A stretch of 64,000 bases of DNA, taken from NCBI GenBank assembly GCA_010093995.1, contig ML992507.1, positions 617,576-681,575 of the forward strand. The letters are read 5' to 3'. Of this stretch, positions 1-10,506 are shown piece by piece. Below the pieces are notes generated by a model. That model did not search any database. It had not been told where the DNA came from and saw only the letters and a program-made list of their open reading frames with translations. Position numbers and translations under genes: made by a program. Position 1 is the stretch's first letter; the number at the start of each line of letters is the position of its first letter. This DNA comes from Elsinoe ampelina. Its lineage: Eukaryota.

Positions 1-509
1 ATTGTCGAGATGGAAGGCGAGATGGATCTCAACCCTACAATAGCCAAGAACTTACTTATCATTGTCCTCCAGCGGTTATGTACGAGTCGATTTATTTTGC
101 GTCACAAAAGCCTTGCTCCATACTCACCATGTAAAGCATGGAGTCCTTTCGATTGAAAATGATCGAACGATATCCCAAGAAGCACCACGGAGAACAGAGA
201 TGTGTAACACCGGGTAGTTCCAAGAATAGGCAAACATGTTCTCAGCTGGAAACGGCTCCAAAAGAGCGAGACAGGAGATACAGGGTCAGCTGGATATTTG
301 GAGCGTATTCGATCACTCAAACGGTCCAGGGGTTCCAGTATAGGACAACTATAGATGAACCAAGAATTTTGATCTAGAAGCAAAGGTGGTGGAGCTCGCA
401 GCTACCTCGGAGCTATGATAAGCATACTACACACCCGCCATGCGTCGCCCAGTGCAAGATGGCAACCTTGGTCTTGACAAGAGTCTGAAAAGCTCCCCCT
501 CTGGTCTTA

Positions 510-1208
510 TTACTCTTCGTCGCTCATATCAGAGGATAAAGAGGAGGATTCGTGGCAAAGACCTTCCTGTCTTGCTGTTTCTCGGAGTAAGCCAGCCTCT
601 TCGTAAGTGAGCAGCGGACTGCGAGTTGCTGCTTCCATATCCGCTCGAAGCTGTCGGCGCCTCAAACGATAGAGCTGGATCCGTTCAATCGCATCTGTCA
701 AGCTCTCGTGGTCGGATGAGGAAGCCGAAGATGGAGAATCAGGGTCTCCATAAACCGTGTCAATGTCTCTGATGGTAGTAGCGAATCTCACCAAGAAGTC
801 GTTAAACCTTCTCGCCCTATCCTGTCGTCGTATCTCCCTCTCTACGACCGCGTCTACTGCCTCATTCATTTCTCGAGCACTTGTGACCCTTGTCATAAGG
901 TTTTGACGCTCATCCATCAGTTGCTGATTTGCCGCTTCTTGGTTCCCAGCGTTCTCGTTCTCATCAACATAGAGCAGAGATCGAATGACCTGATCAGGCA
1001 GGGAAAGATGATGAATAGTGATCTCGCCATCGGTATTCAGTGATGCATCTTCGGAGATCCCCAGAGACGCCTCTCTACAGGGATGACACAAGGCGACCGC
1101 TCGCAGATGGACTTCGGTGTTTTGTTGGCAGCTTTCTCCTTCCTCGCAAGGTCTTGTCGCTTGAACGCGATGACGACATGATGGTCGCCAATTGATAGTG
1201 ACACACAT
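510..1208 (-). CDS. MC1: Met-Cys Cys/His-motif (putative Zn-binding) protein, 232 aa, coiled-coil and acidic/Ser-rich tail
   Basis: Starts MCVTINWRPSCRHRVQATRPCEEGESC-x13-CHPC; purine at -3 of the ATG; same Cys spacing as MC3. Confidence 0.8.
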   Translation of the reverse strand: MCVTINWRPSCRHRVQATRPCEEGESCQQNTEVHLRAVALCHPCREASLGISEDASLNTDGEITIHHLSLPDQVIRSLLYVDENENAGNQEAANQQLMDERQNLMTRVTSAREMNEAVDAVVEREIRRQDRARRFNDFLVRFATTIRDIDTVYGDPDSPSSASSSDHESLTDAIERIQLYRLRRRQLRADMEAATRSPLLTYEEAGLLRETARQEGLCHESSSLSSDMSDEE

Positions 1209-1792
1209 CTTTGACCACCGTCGACGATGCTATGGGAATCGCGAAATAGAAGAGTCCAACGCGAGGCAGGATTTGGATGGATCGGACTGAGGTCTCTGCT
1301 TGACTGTCTGCATATTGGAATGGTACTGATAAATATTTCCTCCAAGCAGCCACGACACAGATCCTCGCATCTGTGCGACGCGACAAGTGTCACCATTGAA
1401 GTGCAATGTGTGAGGTTGAGGTATATTTGGCTGGATGAGAATGCTTGGAATTTTGGTTCTGAGAACAACTGTATCACCGATACGTAGGTATTGGATCTCA
1501 TTTCACCAAGTCAGCAAACATGTACGCCAATTTTTGGCGTCAAGTCACAGCTTGTGACCCATACTGACAAGCAAGAAGTACCGATAGGTAACAGGAAGTC
1601 CGCTTGAGGAAAATGGCATTTCCTACACCTTTGATCATGCACGTGAAATCACAACATCTTCGACATCCTGCTGGCCTCGAAGAGAAGCCCTTTCATTCAG
1701 TACTACAATGTTGGAGAAAGCTCGAGTCTAGACAGGAGCTGCGGTAGATATACCATCGTCTCTTTGATTGGCTCAATCATCTCAATACCTCT

Positions 1793-2266
1793 TCATGACT
1801 TTGTCCCAAGTATCACCACATTAGTCGGAGCTTTTGGCTTGCTCAAAGTAATCACTCTCGCGTTCGAGCCATTCCATCTCATTTGGCGACGCTCCGCCGC
1901 TCTATCTCGTCGAATCTTCTGACGAGCCAGCCGCAATTCCTTCTCCTTAGCACGATCTTGCTGGTTCAGAGGGGTACGAACCAAAAAAGATGGTCGAGGT
2001 CTGGTTCCAGAAGTGTTGGCCGGCTTGGTAGCGTTCGAAATGTTTCCTTGTGGTATTTGATAGTGCACGGATGGTGAATTTCTTTTGGAAGTGCTCGTGA
2101 GCTTCTTGGATGGTGCGATATAGCGACAAGTGTTGCACACGCCTTTCTCAAGGATAATCTCCGGACGCTGGACTGTCACTCCATGGTGGCAGAGTGATTG
2201 ACAGCAACTTGCTTCGGGCTTGCCCGAACAACCACAAGCGAACTTTCTTACAAGGATTCGACACAT
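1793..2266 (-). CDS. MC2: Met-Cys motif protein, 157 aa (internal ATG of ORF 1793..2446)
   Basis: MCRILVRKFACGCSGKPEASCCQSLC-x17-CNTC; basic tail RLARQKIRRDRAA nearly identical to MC4. Confidence 0.8.
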   Translation of the reverse strand: MCRILVRKFACGCSGKPEASCCQSLCHHGVTVQRPEIILEKGVCNTCRYIAPSKKLTSTSKRNSPSVHYQIPQGNISNATKPANTSGTRPRPSFLVRTPLNQQDRAKEKELRLARQKIRRDRAAERRQMRWNGSNARVITLSKPKAPTNVVILGTKS

Positions 2267-3042
2267 CGCCGCAAAGAATTTCTGTAGGCTGTTTGAATTG
2301 ATTGAGAGAGATAGGTCCAAGCAGTCTCTAGTGAGAGCTGAGAGCTGATCGAAGGCAAGTGAATGTCTGAGCAGTAACAGATAAGATAGGAAGGGGATTC
2401 TATTCTCCAGAATAGTGGGAGGCTCCCCAGTACCTTTATGTTGCATCTCTCGCAGAATACACGTCAGGTATCACACGTTGCCCTGGCCAACATGCCGCGT
2501 GGTAACACCGATGACCATCAATTGGATTAGTGCGGTCTGATCGACACGAATCTCTCTGATACATCCCTTAGCCCCCATAATCTCGGAGAGACAGGCATCA
2601 CGGTTTGGTTATTCATCTTGAACCACCTGTTTGCTACGAGTGTGATACATACACCCACTGAGTGACCTACCCCGACGGTGACCTACGGTACACAGCATGA
2701 TCGTTGCAGAGACCCGGAATCTAAACGATTTGCCAAATTCTGCTCCCGACGAACTCAGAGTGTTTTGCTGGTCCTGTGTACAAAAACCAAAATAAGCTAA
2801 GTCCAGTCTATGCAACATTGGGTAGATATACTTGGTATTGAGATATCCAAGAACTCCTCAACTATGATTGAGACTTGATGGAAAAGATCAGAATGTAATA
2901 CATGGAAGCCCAAACTCCAGTCAGAAATGGTCCAGTCCGTCTATTGTGCTCGTACGGCGCCTTTGCGACCAACGCCGCTCAATTTTCGGATCGCCATTTG
3001 ACATTTCGTACGCGCTGCGGTTTGACTGCGTTCTTGTTTAGC

Positions 3043-3786
3043 TCACATTCTCAGTCGTTGAGCAGTAGTCATCTTACTCTTGAGATCACCGCAAATGATG
3101 TTGCCGTAAGAGATTCCGGCAGCTGCTGTGAGACCTTCATTGGGAATGGGCGTCCCCCAAGACACGAAAGCTGACAGGTCAAGCTCCGGTGGATCATATG
3201 CCATCGCTAGAGAACAGAGATGCTGACGCCGACATACCGCCAAAGCATTCTTGGATCTCTTGAGTGCGTCTCGGATTTCGAGATCATCCAGGGGCTGACC
3301 TTGGGCCCATTCATGCACATCCCAGCTAATGTCAAGTAACTCCAGGATCTCTTGTGCGGAGTACCGGAAGTTATCGGTGGTTCGCTGAAGAAGCACATGC
3401 ATATCTGGGTGGATAGTGTCATGCTCTCTTGGAAGATAGAGTTGACTGTGTCCGGGCGACCACCGTCTGGAGATGAGTTCCGAGAGTTGAGTGAAAATTA
3501 TGGCTTCACAGCGGTATTGCAATCTCCTAGTTGGAGCAGTGTAGTCGAGCAAATCAACAAGCTGACTGAGTGGAAGTGAAGGATTTACGACAAAGAGGTG
3601 CCCCGAACCGTCGAGGAAGACAGGAGTCGAGTGTGTGGAGGGTGTCACGCGATGACACTCTCTACAGAGTGTCGTGACAGTGATATTGACTTGTTCAGGG
3701 TGTGTGCAGGTATTTTGAGGTGAACAGTGGTGCAGTGAAGAGTAAGTGTGTCCACAAGCCGTCAAAAGTCTGGTGAGTTCGCACAT
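3043..3786 (-). CDS. MC3: Met-Cys motif protein, 247 aa
   Basis: MCELTRLLTACGHTYSSLHHCSPQNTC-x13-CREC; shares an SLP..Q...LL.Y segment with MC1. Confidence 0.8.
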   Translation of the reverse strand: MCELTRLLTACGHTYSSLHHCSPQNTCTHPEQVNITVTTLCRECHRVTPSTHSTPVFLDGSGHLFVVNPSLPLSQLVDLLDYTAPTRRLQYRCEAIIFTQLSELISRRWSPGHSQLYLPREHDTIHPDMHVLLQRTTDNFRYSAQEILELLDISWDVHEWAQGQPLDDLEIRDALKRSKNALAVCRRQHLCSLAMAYDPPELDLSAFVSWGTPIPNEGLTAAAGISYGNIICGDLKSKMTTAQRLRM

Positions 3787-4810
3787 GTCCGGATTCTCAG
3801 GGTTTCAAGAGGGACTGTTCTGACGAATTTGGTCGGTGAAGCTGAAGATTGACCGTCCACTACTCAGAGGCGCGCCATCGTCTTATATTTCTTCAATCTT
3901 ACTGCAGAGTGTTTCGGCCGATGAATCCACCATCAGACTAAAGAACGTACAATATGAGATGATTGGGCTCAAAGGACCATCATGTGGTACTACCTCAAGT
4001 AGAGATATGAATACTTGGCAAATCGACTGGTGGTTCTTCAACGAAGATGCTCTAGAGGATAGCAGCAAACATACCCTGACCACAAGTTAAGGTCTCATCC
4101 GAGGTCTTCCGCTGACTGGTTGGTGAAAACCATCATATCATTGGCTGCTTGATTAACTTTCCCATTGGTACATGTGTCACGCATGCCAGAATGACTACTG
4201 AACCCTCGATTGAATCAGCTTCAATGTTACCGCTTTTAACGACAATAGCAAACATTCTCATTGGTCGACACGACCAAAGATTTACAATAGAAGTTCCGGA
4301 AGTCTAAACTCAAACATACTCCCGGAACTCTTCTGTCTCAATAGAGGTGACCTCGGATGTATTAGATCTGCGGGACTTCGCCCCCGAGAACTTGATGGAT
4401 GCATTGTATCGCGATCAAGTCGGACTCACCCACACCCCTCCTCGCCTCATACTTGGCTCATAACTTACAAAACATTTTGTCAACACAGCTCGTACATGAA
4501 TTGCAAAACACGGTGGCCATACAGTTTTGGCATCTCGAAGAACGACGATGACTTTTCGCGAAGCTGAATATACTTGAAGACTATCTACTTATCTCAGAGT
4601 CCCAAGGGAAGTCCAAATCATCAGCGCTTCGTACGAGCGCTACGTACAATCGCTCAGGAAGAATTGGACCAAGTCACAAGTAGACGACCAGATCATCTTC
4701 TTGGAATTCGAGCGGTCCGATCCTCACGTGCCCGTACGCTACCTACCAACCTTGAATGGCTCTACCCCGGCAGAGCCATTTTGACTTCCCTGATTTACTC
4801 TAAGACGTCT

Positions 4811-5191
4811 TCATGCCGCTCTGTCCCTTGAGATCTTCCGTCGAGCCAGCCGCGCTTCCAGTCGCCTTACGTGCTCTTCGCGGTTGAGCACCGGTTTTGT
4901 ATTCATAACAGACTTGCTGATTTTGGTGGATGATGCTTCTATGTTTGGACCAATATGACCGGTTACTAGCTGTTGTTTTTGCGGACCAGAAGCTGAATCG
5001 ATGGATAGTGACAACGGTGCGGGCCGACAATGGGTAAAGATCGCATGCTTGCAACCATCACAGGGGCTGCTCGTCGGTACCACCTGTACTTGTTGGAGCC
5101 TCACGCCGTGGAAGCACAGTGATGAGCAGATACTCTGCTTGGGCCGGCTTACGCAGCCGCAGCTGTGTTTCTCCCTGTAAGTCTGGCACAT
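4811..5191 (-). CDS. MC4: Met-Cys motif protein, 126 aa, paralog of MC2, possibly C-terminally truncated
   Basis: MCQTYREKHSCGCVSRPKQSICSSLC-x17-CDGC...RLARRKISRDRAA then TGA. Confidence 0.78.
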   Translation of the reverse strand: MCQTYREKHSCGCVSRPKQSICSSLCFHGVRLQQVQVVPTSSPCDGCKHAIFTHCRPAPLSLSIDSASGPQKQQLVTGHIGPNIEASSTKISKSVMNTKPVLNREEHVRRLEARLARRKISRDRAA

Positions 5192-5969
5192 AATGATGAT
5201 GAGTCTGCTACAACTGGTCACTCTGATTGAGCTGCCATCTTCTTCTGTACTCACAGTGAAGTCAATTGTCAAAATGGTATCAAAGGGTCCTGCGAGGGAG
5301 GTCAAGCCCGAGTTCTTGAGGAATTGATGGTCAGAAGTGCGCTTCATACGATCTTTCATCTTATAGAACGCTTTAAGGAGCGTCGGAGACTTTGCCTGTG
5401 GATCTCATTGCATTATGTTTGTCGCACAAGGTCACCGTTGTCAAGCGATATCTTTGATTTGTAGGTTCATATGACTTCGTCATCGTCATGAGGTGGGCCG
5501 TTTTCATATATACACCGAGCGGATACCAACGATAGACATACTGCGATTGGACCATTTTAATTTGTGTGACTCATGGTATCACCTAAAACTGTGTTCAGAT
5601 TTCCAAGCGCCCATGACAAAATCGCATGTACTACTCATGCATATTCGCGTGAAGGTTGCACGAAGAGTGGCTCCAGCTTTACCAGTCTGAGCTGCGTTAT
5701 ATTGGGACTGACCGTAAAGTCATTGCCGACATAGCTGCCGTTCCGATGGATACCTGCTAGATCTGACTGTAATTCGTCATGACAGTCCGAGGTTTTCAGA
5801 ATGCACTTTCAGCACAAGGGAAGACTTAGTCACCAGATACGATGAATGAATTGTCCCCGATACGGTGGATGAGCCGATTTCGAATTGTCCACTCGGGTTC
5901 TTGTTTTCGTGCTTTGCTTCAGCTATGATACTAGTTAGCTTGATGCGAGACTCCACGGCGATTCGGGTC

Positions 5970-6242
5970 CTACTTCTTCACAACTTTCACCTTGGTGAAG
6001 AACCGTTTCCACAGAGATGGCTTTTCCCTTTCCAATATCTGTAACCTGGGTCGTCGTTGATTTCGTTGCTTGATGTTCTGGTCGAGTACTCTGGCACACT
6101 GATCACAATTGCCCTCGTGAACTTCCAGACTCTTTCTAGGTTCATCTTTCTCTGCGATACAATTCTCAGGAGCCAGGCATGGTATGTTGAACGACCAGTA
6201 GCATTCGCACCCTTGGTAAGTATGCATGCGCTGGGTGCACAT
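5970..6242 (-). CDS. MC5: Met-Cys motif protein, 90 aa
   Basis: MCTQRMHTYQGCECYWSFNIPCLAPENC...CDQC, basic C-terminus. Confidence 0.78.
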   Translation of the reverse strand: MCTQRMHTYQGCECYWSFNIPCLAPENCIAEKDEPRKSLEVHEGNCDQCARVLDQNIKQRNQRRPRLQILEREKPSLWKRFFTKVKVVKK

Positions 6243-6662
6243 CTTGAGGTATCACGACCGATGTCAATGAAGAATGAAAGGCATTTTTTCCGCATTATAT
6301 CGTCTGATCGGGTCCAGGCGATGGTGCTTGCCACGTAGAGCCTCAGCATGGACCGCCCTCATCAATGTCAGGACTGCGTTTTGGGTTCGACATTGGCCAG
6401 TATAGTTTGTGTCACTGGGCGAAGCGAGGAGGATTGTGGAGACAAATGAGCCAGAATCTGGAGAAAACGACCAGTCTCTGGATTTGATTGCTGCTGGTCA
6501 AGCCTATGATACCACGCTAACGCTATTGAGCTTGCAATGCGCTGGTCGATGATTTACAAAGTATGCCATCCATTCCCCTGCTTCTCATCTGTGTGTCACC
6601 TTCAGCTTTGTTCTTGGGTCATTGAAAACATGTCAGCATACCCGTGGCCAGTCCTATCAGTT

Positions 6663-6830
6663 TTAGTCTGCCAATCGGTGGCTGCACACGGGACATCGTG
6701 TCTGGTAGACTGTCCTAATCCGTTGCCAGGTGTTCGGATCGAGATTATGTTGACGAGGATCCGAGCAGTAGACCGTCAGTGTTCGGTGATGATGACCGCA
6801 TCGCCAGAAGTACATGATGAAGTAACACAT
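6663..6830 (-). CDS. MC6: minimal Met-Cys motif microprotein, 55 aa (absent from the supplied ORF track)
   Basis: Hand translation: MCYFIMYFWRCGHHHRTLTVYCSDPRQHNLDPNTWQRIRTVYQTRCPVCSHRLAD*; C2/C11/H13/C22/H28 spacing identical to neighbour MC7. Confidence 0.75.
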   Translation of the reverse strand: MCYFIMYFWRCGHHHRTLTVYCSDPRQHNLDPNTWQRIRTVYQTRCPVCSHRLAD

Positions 6831-7136
6831 TGCTTGGCGCCTGGTGATGAGAAGCCCAATGTTGTTCGCTATTGAAAGGCGAGCAGAATGCTGCTCCGGG
6901 GCTACGTGGATCTATATGTCCTCATAGACGCTGCAATGCGAGTTGCGGCCGAATGAATGCCGTTCTTGCATTCAAAAAGTCGGCAGTCTACAATGTCAGC
7001 ACAGATGTGTGGCAGGGAGAACGCCCATGTGTAATGATCGTGGTACAGAATGCTGTAAGACTCTCGTTGCAATCTCTTTTGTGATCAGCTGTAGAGAAAG
7101 TATGGAGCTTCGTTTGACAAAACCCAGTCAAAGCCT

Positions 7137-7547
7137 TTAGCGCTTTGATGTGCGCTTGGAGCTTCCCCCAACGCTCCTACTGCGTCTACTCAATCCTCTG
7201 CCTGTCCGCTCACTCCCTGCTCCACGTTCACCACAGGCAGGATCGATGATGTATCGGCGCTGCAACTCTCTCTCCTGTAATTCCTGTTGCTGGGTCTGAG
7301 CAGCTGCTTGTTGTTGCCAGGCGGCCACTCGTGCTGCGGCTGCTTGGCGTTGTCTTTCTGCTTCGGCTTGTTCCGCAGCACGTTGCGCCATCTGAACCCT
7401 GAACTGACAGTGTGCATTACAGCCGTAGTTCCTCTGCTCGATGATTGGCGTGGCGTCGTTTTCGTGATCTGGCCAGGTGCGGCAGTACTTCTTCTCAAGA
7501 GTAAAGGTGTGACCACAAGCAAAGTGGAGGTATAGTTGTTGACACAT
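7137..7547 (-). CDS. MC7: Met-Cys motif protein, 136 aa, Gln/Ala-rich helical and basic tail
   Basis: MCQQLYLHFACGHTFTLEKKYCRTWPDH...CNAHC. Confidence 0.8.
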   Translation of the reverse strand: MCQQLYLHFACGHTFTLEKKYCRTWPDHENDATPIIEQRNYGCNAHCQFRVQMAQRAAEQAEAERQRQAAAARVAAWQQQAAAQTQQQELQERELQRRYIIDPACGERGAGSERTGRGLSRRSRSVGGSSKRTSKR

Positions 7548-8167
7548 TGTTGCAATAGTGACTCGATCTAGCGCAAATTATGTTATGAGTCCTCTGGGGA
7601 TCATGATCGTGCTGGCTTTTGTATTGCAACAGTTTTCGGTAGTGATCTATGCCAATGTAGGGAATTTGTCATTGTGATCAGTGCAACAACAAACCACATT
7701 TGACCTCTGCGCTTCGTGATCAAATGAATAACCTGTAGAGCACTCGTAACGGACTACTCAAGAGCGAGGCCACCGTTCCAGAGCTTCGAGACACGAGCCC
7801 GAAACGCCTAGTCAAGACCACAGTCATAGCATTGTGGACGGGACAGTCAATGAATCTCGATCCGCTGGAAACTCACTACCACCGATCTTCATATTGTGCT
7901 CAGTTGCGGACATGATAGAGAGAGGGAACTAGATCCGAGGTTTTGACAACGAGACGAGTGGGAGAATGATGGGTTGAAATTGGAGCTTGGCAGGTGAGGT
8001 TGAAAGGAACGGGAAGCAGGGTCCACCGCGGCAACGTGACGTGTTCGACTGGTCACTTTTTTCCACCCATCCTTCTTTCTTCAACGTTCATACCTCCGAT
8101 CCCAATCCTTTGCTGGCAAGCTTTTAGGAAAAATCGTGGTGCCAGCACATGGTCCGGCGCCTGCGCG

Positions 8168-8830
8168 ATGCTTGTACGACCACGCGTGGATGATGACCTG
8201 CCGGCTCTCGCGGAAGTCCTCCGTTGTGTCCACGCAGAGAGTGGATACCCGGTCCAAGGAATCGACGACCCGATCAAATTCCTATCAGAGGAATCTCTTG
8301 TCAAAGCTTGGGTCCTGACTACACCGGACGATCAACCAATTGGTCAGTGCGTGGTTTCGGAGGTGCACCAACGAGATGAGAGACTACTTAAATGGGAACA
8401 ATATCTCTGGAGATCGAACGATCCAGGTGGATCAGGCGGCGAGGTCACCAAATCGAAGTATCTTGCGCTCGGACGATTGTTCGTAGATCCTCTAGCGCAT
8501 GGTCAAGGAGGCGGTGAGAAATTGGTGCAACAAGCAGTCGATTGGGCGGGTGGTGTGCTCATGCGGCGGCTGATATTGAACGTGCTTCTGAAAGACCCAG
8601 CTGCCATCGCACTGTATCGCAAGCTTGGTTGGACCGAGTATGGTGAAGGTACACTCACGAACGCGCAAGGTGAAAAGTACAAGCAAGTATACTTCATCGG
8701 CCCTGTTCCAAGAAGAATCTCGTCAGCGGCATCACAGACGGTGGCTATGGCTACAAACGGCAGTGATCATTGGGACGAGATTGAGAAGGTCAGGTCTGCT
8801 ACCAAGAAGAAGCCGAGCGGCAAAGTCTAA
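8168..8830 (+). CDS. GNAT-family N-acetyltransferase, 220 aa
   Basis: Acetyl-CoA motif A RLFVDPLAHGQGGGEKL and motif B AIALYRKLGW; start taken at ATG 8168 (MLVRPR). Confidence 0.85.
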   Translation: MLVRPRVDDDLPALAEVLRCVHAESGYPVQGIDDPIKFLSEESLVKAWVLTTPDDQPIGQCVVSEVHQRDERLLKWEQYLWRSNDPGGSGGEVTKSKYLALGRLFVDPLAHGQGGGEKLVQQAVDWAGGVLMRRLILNVLLKDPAAIALYRKLGWTEYGEGTLTNAQGEKYKQVYFIGPVPRRISSAASQTVAMATNGSDHWDEIEKVRSATKKKPSGKV

Positions 8831-9351
8831 GATGGCTGTACGAGTTGCATCCGGATCCCAGGCGGCAGATCTTCACGCTGCACAGCTTCCGCCTCTAACA
8901 GCTCGACCCAAAGGTCCAGCTCGGCGGTGTCTGCGAAGGTGCCGATCTCATCTCGATTGCCAGGACCATTCACATCCCACCCAGCCCTGGACACCATATT
9001 GTTCCTGACGAAAGCCCTCAGCCACGGTCTGCTCCTCGCAATACCCTCATCTCGAAAATGGTTCCTTATCCACTCCCATCTCAAGGTCTCATCGATCGGG
9101 ATCGCTGCGGTGATTCGTTGAATCAGACTTGCTTCAGGTCGATCTCGACTGATAACTCCGTCGATGTTCTCGCCGTTGACGCACCAGCCACATGCGGATG
9201 TGTCATCCAGAAGTACGATCTCCACGTGCTCTCTATATTCGCGGACGAACTGATTGATGGGATCTGGCACAGCTCGCTCGCTACAATTCTCGAACACGTC
9301 GTATGGATGGATCCTACATCCGCCGAATCGTACAAAGGTGTGCTTGCACAT
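8827..9351 (-). CDS. MC8: Met-Cys motif protein with shared C-terminal helical domain, 174 aa
   Basis: MCKHTFVRFGGCRIHPYDVFENC...CGWC; C-terminal RPWLRAFV...GPGNRDE...ELDLWVELL...EDLP. Its stop overlaps the GNAT stop. Confidence 0.8.
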   Translation of the reverse strand: MCKHTFVRFGGCRIHPYDVFENCSERAVPDPINQFVREYREHVEIVLLDDTSACGWCVNGENIDGVISRDRPEASLIQRITAAIPIDETLRWEWIRNHFRDEGIARSRPWLRAFVRNNMVSRAGWDVNGPGNRDEIGTFADTAELDLWVELLEAEAVQREDLPPGIRMQLVQPS

Positions 9352-9642
9352 TGCTTTCAAGTGTTTGCAGGATTTGCTTCGTGATGGAGGATTGGTTAGG
9401 ACTGAAGCGGAATTACCTGTGGTCAGCACACTGATCGGACAGGTGCAGTCCTTTTTTCGTCCACTGTACAGTGCTTGACGAAGCTGCGGCTATGCAGCTA
9501 TACCTCGTTGTGTCAACTTCCGACAGCGTCTCGAGGACCAATGGGAACACCGCTTACACACAGGCTTCATTGTGGAGGACAATCGAGGCATTCTGTATTG
9601 TCCCGGACTAAACATTATCGATTTAAGGCACACAGAATACGA

Positions 9643-10506
9643 CTATCTGCGCTGACGGCGATGCATATTGCCGGATGCTCTTGCTTCTCTCGCCAATCTG
9701 AGATCTCGGAACCTGATAATTTCTGCAGCGATGTCCGGCATCTCATCCCGGATGAAGTTGTCCAACTTCTCGCGGGACACCAAGACATTGCGCAGCCTCT
9801 CCTGAACCCAAGTCGGCGATTGATTGTACCTTGCCTTCCTGTCGTATATCAAAGAGACCCAGACATCGTACTCGTAATCATCACGTAGCTCCGTCAACCC
9901 GCTCGTCCTATGGGGATTCCGCTGTCGAATGTCTTCTTGCAAGAATCGATCAAGCCATCTCCGAAAGTCAACCATCGACATCGCATCGAACTGAGCTTCG
10001 ATGATGCTCTGGCGGGATTGGAAGCTTGACAAGATGATTGGAGATCGCTGGTCGAATGTGACTGGACCGTGAGCTTCCGATACTGGCGTTCTGCTACTGG
10101 AGATTGCCGGGAGTCTGCTGCCATAGGCCCAAGACTGAGTAGTTGGTGTACTGGTCGTCAAGGAGCGGCCTTGTGCATCCATGAAGGATCTCGTTGCTGA
10201 CCTTTCGGGATCGCGTGCTTCGGTCGGTTGATTTGCCAGGGACACAAGCCACATGCTTGCCTGGCAATCTCGACAGAGGTCGGCTCCTTCGATATCTTTG
10301 GGATGGGTACAGACAGGAACGACCGATCCCGATCGTTGATCGATCGCTGTTCTACAGCTGGAGCATGGGTCCGAAAGGTCTATGTGCCTGACATGAATCC
10401 GCCCTGCAGGATGTCTCTGGCAGTAGTCCGACTGCAAACATGGGCGGTATTCCGACCGAGGGTGGCGGCGACATTGATCTTGGAAGATGATGTCCGTGAA
10501 ACACAT
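9643..10506 (-). CDS. MC9: Met-Cys motif protein with extra CxxC and shared C-terminal domain, 287 aa
   Basis: MCFTDIIFQDQCRRHPRSEYRPCLQSDYC...DPCSSC, second CTH...CRDC; FRRWLDRFL...EYDVWVSLI...SPTWVQERL. Confidence 0.8.
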   Translation of the reverse strand: MCFTDIIFQDQCRRHPRSEYRPCLQSDYCQRHPAGRIHVRHIDLSDPCSSCRTAIDQRSGSVVPVCTHPKDIEGADLCRDCQASMWLVSLANQPTEARDPERSATRSFMDAQGRSLTTSTPTTQSWAYGSRLPAISSSRTPVSEAHGPVTFDQRSPIILSSFQSRQSIIEAQFDAMSMVDFRRWLDRFLQEDIRQRNPHRTSGLTELRDDYEYDVWVSLIYDRKARYNQSPTWVQERLRNVLVSREKLDNFIRDEMPDIAAEIIRFRDLRLAREARASGNMHRRQRR

